Source: Leucoraja erinacea (lineage: Eukaryota). Taken from it: DNA of 64,000 nucleotides. The DNA is taken from the NCBI RefSeq assembly GCF_028641065.1, contig NC_073393.1:20212001-20276000 (forward strand), written 5' to 3'. Below are positions 62,220-64,000 of this stretch, piece by piece; position 1 is the stretch's first letter, and the number at the start of each line of letters is the position of its first letter. Both the position numbers and the translations under genes were made by a program. The notes under the pieces are model-generated. The model was given only the letters and a program-made list of their open reading frames with translations. It made no database searches and had not been told where the DNA came from.

Positions 62220-62600
62220 GAGGTGACGGGCCGAAGGTGCTTGTTCTTGGGCATGTAAACTGGAGGTGGTGCTGCCCCCTCCCGGGCGGCCTGAGAAGCG
62301 CAGGGACTGCGGCGCGGGGCTCGCCGGGAAGCGGGAGGTCCGGCTTTGGCGCGCAGTGTTCGGCGGGTAGGGAGCAGGATCCGGCCGGGTGGGTGGGGGA
62401 GAGAGAGAGGGAGGGCTGTCTTCGGTAGACGCGGCCGCTGCCTGATCTTTGGTCGCCGCCATGCCGTACGCCAACCAGCCGACGGTGCGGATCACCGAGC
62501 TAACGGACGAGAACGTGAAGTTCATCGTGGAGAATACGGAGCTGTCGTGAGTACCGGCGAGGGATGTACGTGAGGGGGAGGAGTAGCACGGCCACGGTGA
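62220..62600 (+). promoter_or_regulatory. CpG island promoter of POLR2C
   Basis: High CpG density; Kozak gtcgccgccATG at 62461. Confidence 0.7.
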
Positions 62601-63738
62601 AGAGGGGACTGACTGACCAAGGACAGCGGTTCCACATCGTTGCTGCCGATAAACTTGTCCACCTGAGCTAGTACCAGTTACCCGCGTGTTGCCCAATTCC
62701 CTCTAAACCTTTCCTTTCCACCCACTGTCCAGATGTCTCTGAAATGCAGTAATTGTACCCTGCCTGTGCTGTTGCAGCTCGTTCCATATTCCCACCAGCC
62801 TCGGTGTAAAACACTTGCCTCTCAGACCACCTTTAAATCTTCGCCACTCACCATATGCCTCTGCCCACTTGTTTAAGACACCCTTCCCCTGGGTACAAGA
62901 CTGATCACCCACCTTGTCTACTTCTTTCATGATTTTATAAATCTCTATAAAGTCAGCCTTCTACACGTCTGGAAGGAAACTGGGTTGAGACCCTTCTGAA
63001 GAACCAAAACGCCACATTCCTTTTCTCCAGAGATGCTGTGTGACCCGTTGAGTTACTCCAGCTTTTTGTGTCTATCTTCGGTTTAAACCAGCGTCTGTTC
63101 CTTCCTACAGAATCCAAAGGGTCATGCATACCCGTTGTTGTGGGAAATGGCCTCAGTCGATCCCTGCTCTTTCTGCCTACTTATTTTCTTTGACATGTAT
63201 GACAAATTCCATCCGAGCAACACTATCAAATATCCCAGTCAGGATATAGCGGGTCAGACCTCCACTGTGAGTGTCTAAGGGGTGTGTGGGGGGGGGGGGG
63301 GGGGGGGGGGCGGACAATCTGGGGGTTGTGGTGTCAGGGTCATTATGCAGTGGTGGTGTGCAGAGGGAGATCCGTCTGGGGCTGGGGTGTTGGAGGGGGG
63401 AGGAGGGTTTGTCCCATCCTGGGTTTGTTCTGGAGCTCTGTCTTGGGTTGGAGATGTCTGGTGGGAATCTTTCCAGGGTATGGGAGAATGTTTGGTGTGG
63501 AGATCTGTAGATGGATGGATGGTGGTGTTGCAGTATGTCAGTCTGGGAGGTTGAGGTGTCATTGCCAGACTGTCTGGGTGCCGGAAGGGGCTGGGCTTTG
63601 TTCTGACGTTGGGGTGTATGGATATCTGTCTGGGTGTGGGTCCCAGGGGTCGTACCTCAGCAGTGAGTTCTCCACATTTGTGTTGCAGGGTGGCCAACGC
63701 TTTGCGCAGAGTTCTGATGGCCGAAGTAGCTACGTTGG
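62461..63738 (+). CDS. POLR2C: RNA polymerase II subunit RPB3, exons 1-2 (62461-62546, 63689-63738); gene continues beyond the window
   Basis: [29 protein letters not shown]|[16 protein letters not shown]; both exons end at GTGAGT donors; syntenic position after COQ9. Confidence 0.95.
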
Positions 63739-63781
63739 GTGAGTTGGCATTCATTGTTTGCACTCGCCGTCCTCACCAAGT

Positions 63782-64000
63782 CAATAGACAATAGGTGCAG
63801 GAGTAGGCCATTTGGCCCTTCGAGCAAGCACCGCCATTCATTCAATGTGATCATGGCTGATCATCCCCAATCAGTACCCCGTTCCTGCCTTCTCCCCATA
63901 TCCCCTGACTCCGCTATTTTTAAGAGCCCTATCTAGCTCTCTCTTGAAAGCATCCAGAGAACCTGCCTCCACCGCCCACTGAGGCAGAGAATTCCACAGA
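63782..64000 (-). mobile_element. CR1 3' end in POLR2C intron 2
   Basis: aatagacaataggtgcaggagtaggccatt...cactgaggcagagaattccacaga. Confidence 0.85.

Noticed and set aside
1-64000. CRISPR arrays, rRNA, operons or other prokaryotic systems
   Set aside because: None seen; the window is intron-containing vertebrate DNA.

Overview
This is eukaryotic genomic DNA from a cartilaginous fish, probably a skate or ray, inferred from the elasmobranch-type V-SINE/CR1 repeats. Gene order matches the human 16q21 block CCL22/CX3CL1/CCL17-CIAPIN1-COQ9-POLR2C. The window holds two recently duplicated 3-exon CC chemokine genes (569-1350 and 16463-17319, +) and a third, atypical chemokine-fold gene (23438-25978, +) lacking the adjacent CC/CXC cysteine pair. 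It also holds complete CIAPIN1 (-, 8 coding exons, 313 aa), complete COQ9 (+, 9 exons; exon-1 donor uncertain) sharing a bidirectional CpG promoter with CIAPIN1, and the first two coding exons of POLR2C (+). The rest is repeat-rich: CR1 LINEs (one near full-length, with a nested CR1), a Rex1/Babar LINE, tRNA-derived V-SINEs, palindromic Penelope-like elements with hammerhead-ribozyme cores, a MITE, a Helitron 3' end, and a decayed DIRS1 retrotransposon whose terminal repeats and ICR are still readable. The most notable item is the third chemokine-like gene, which encodes either a 2-Cys (C3/C4 only) protein or, with a 54-nt extra exon, a C-X11-C chemokine. All exon models were read by eye from splice signals and remembered protein families; no database search was run.
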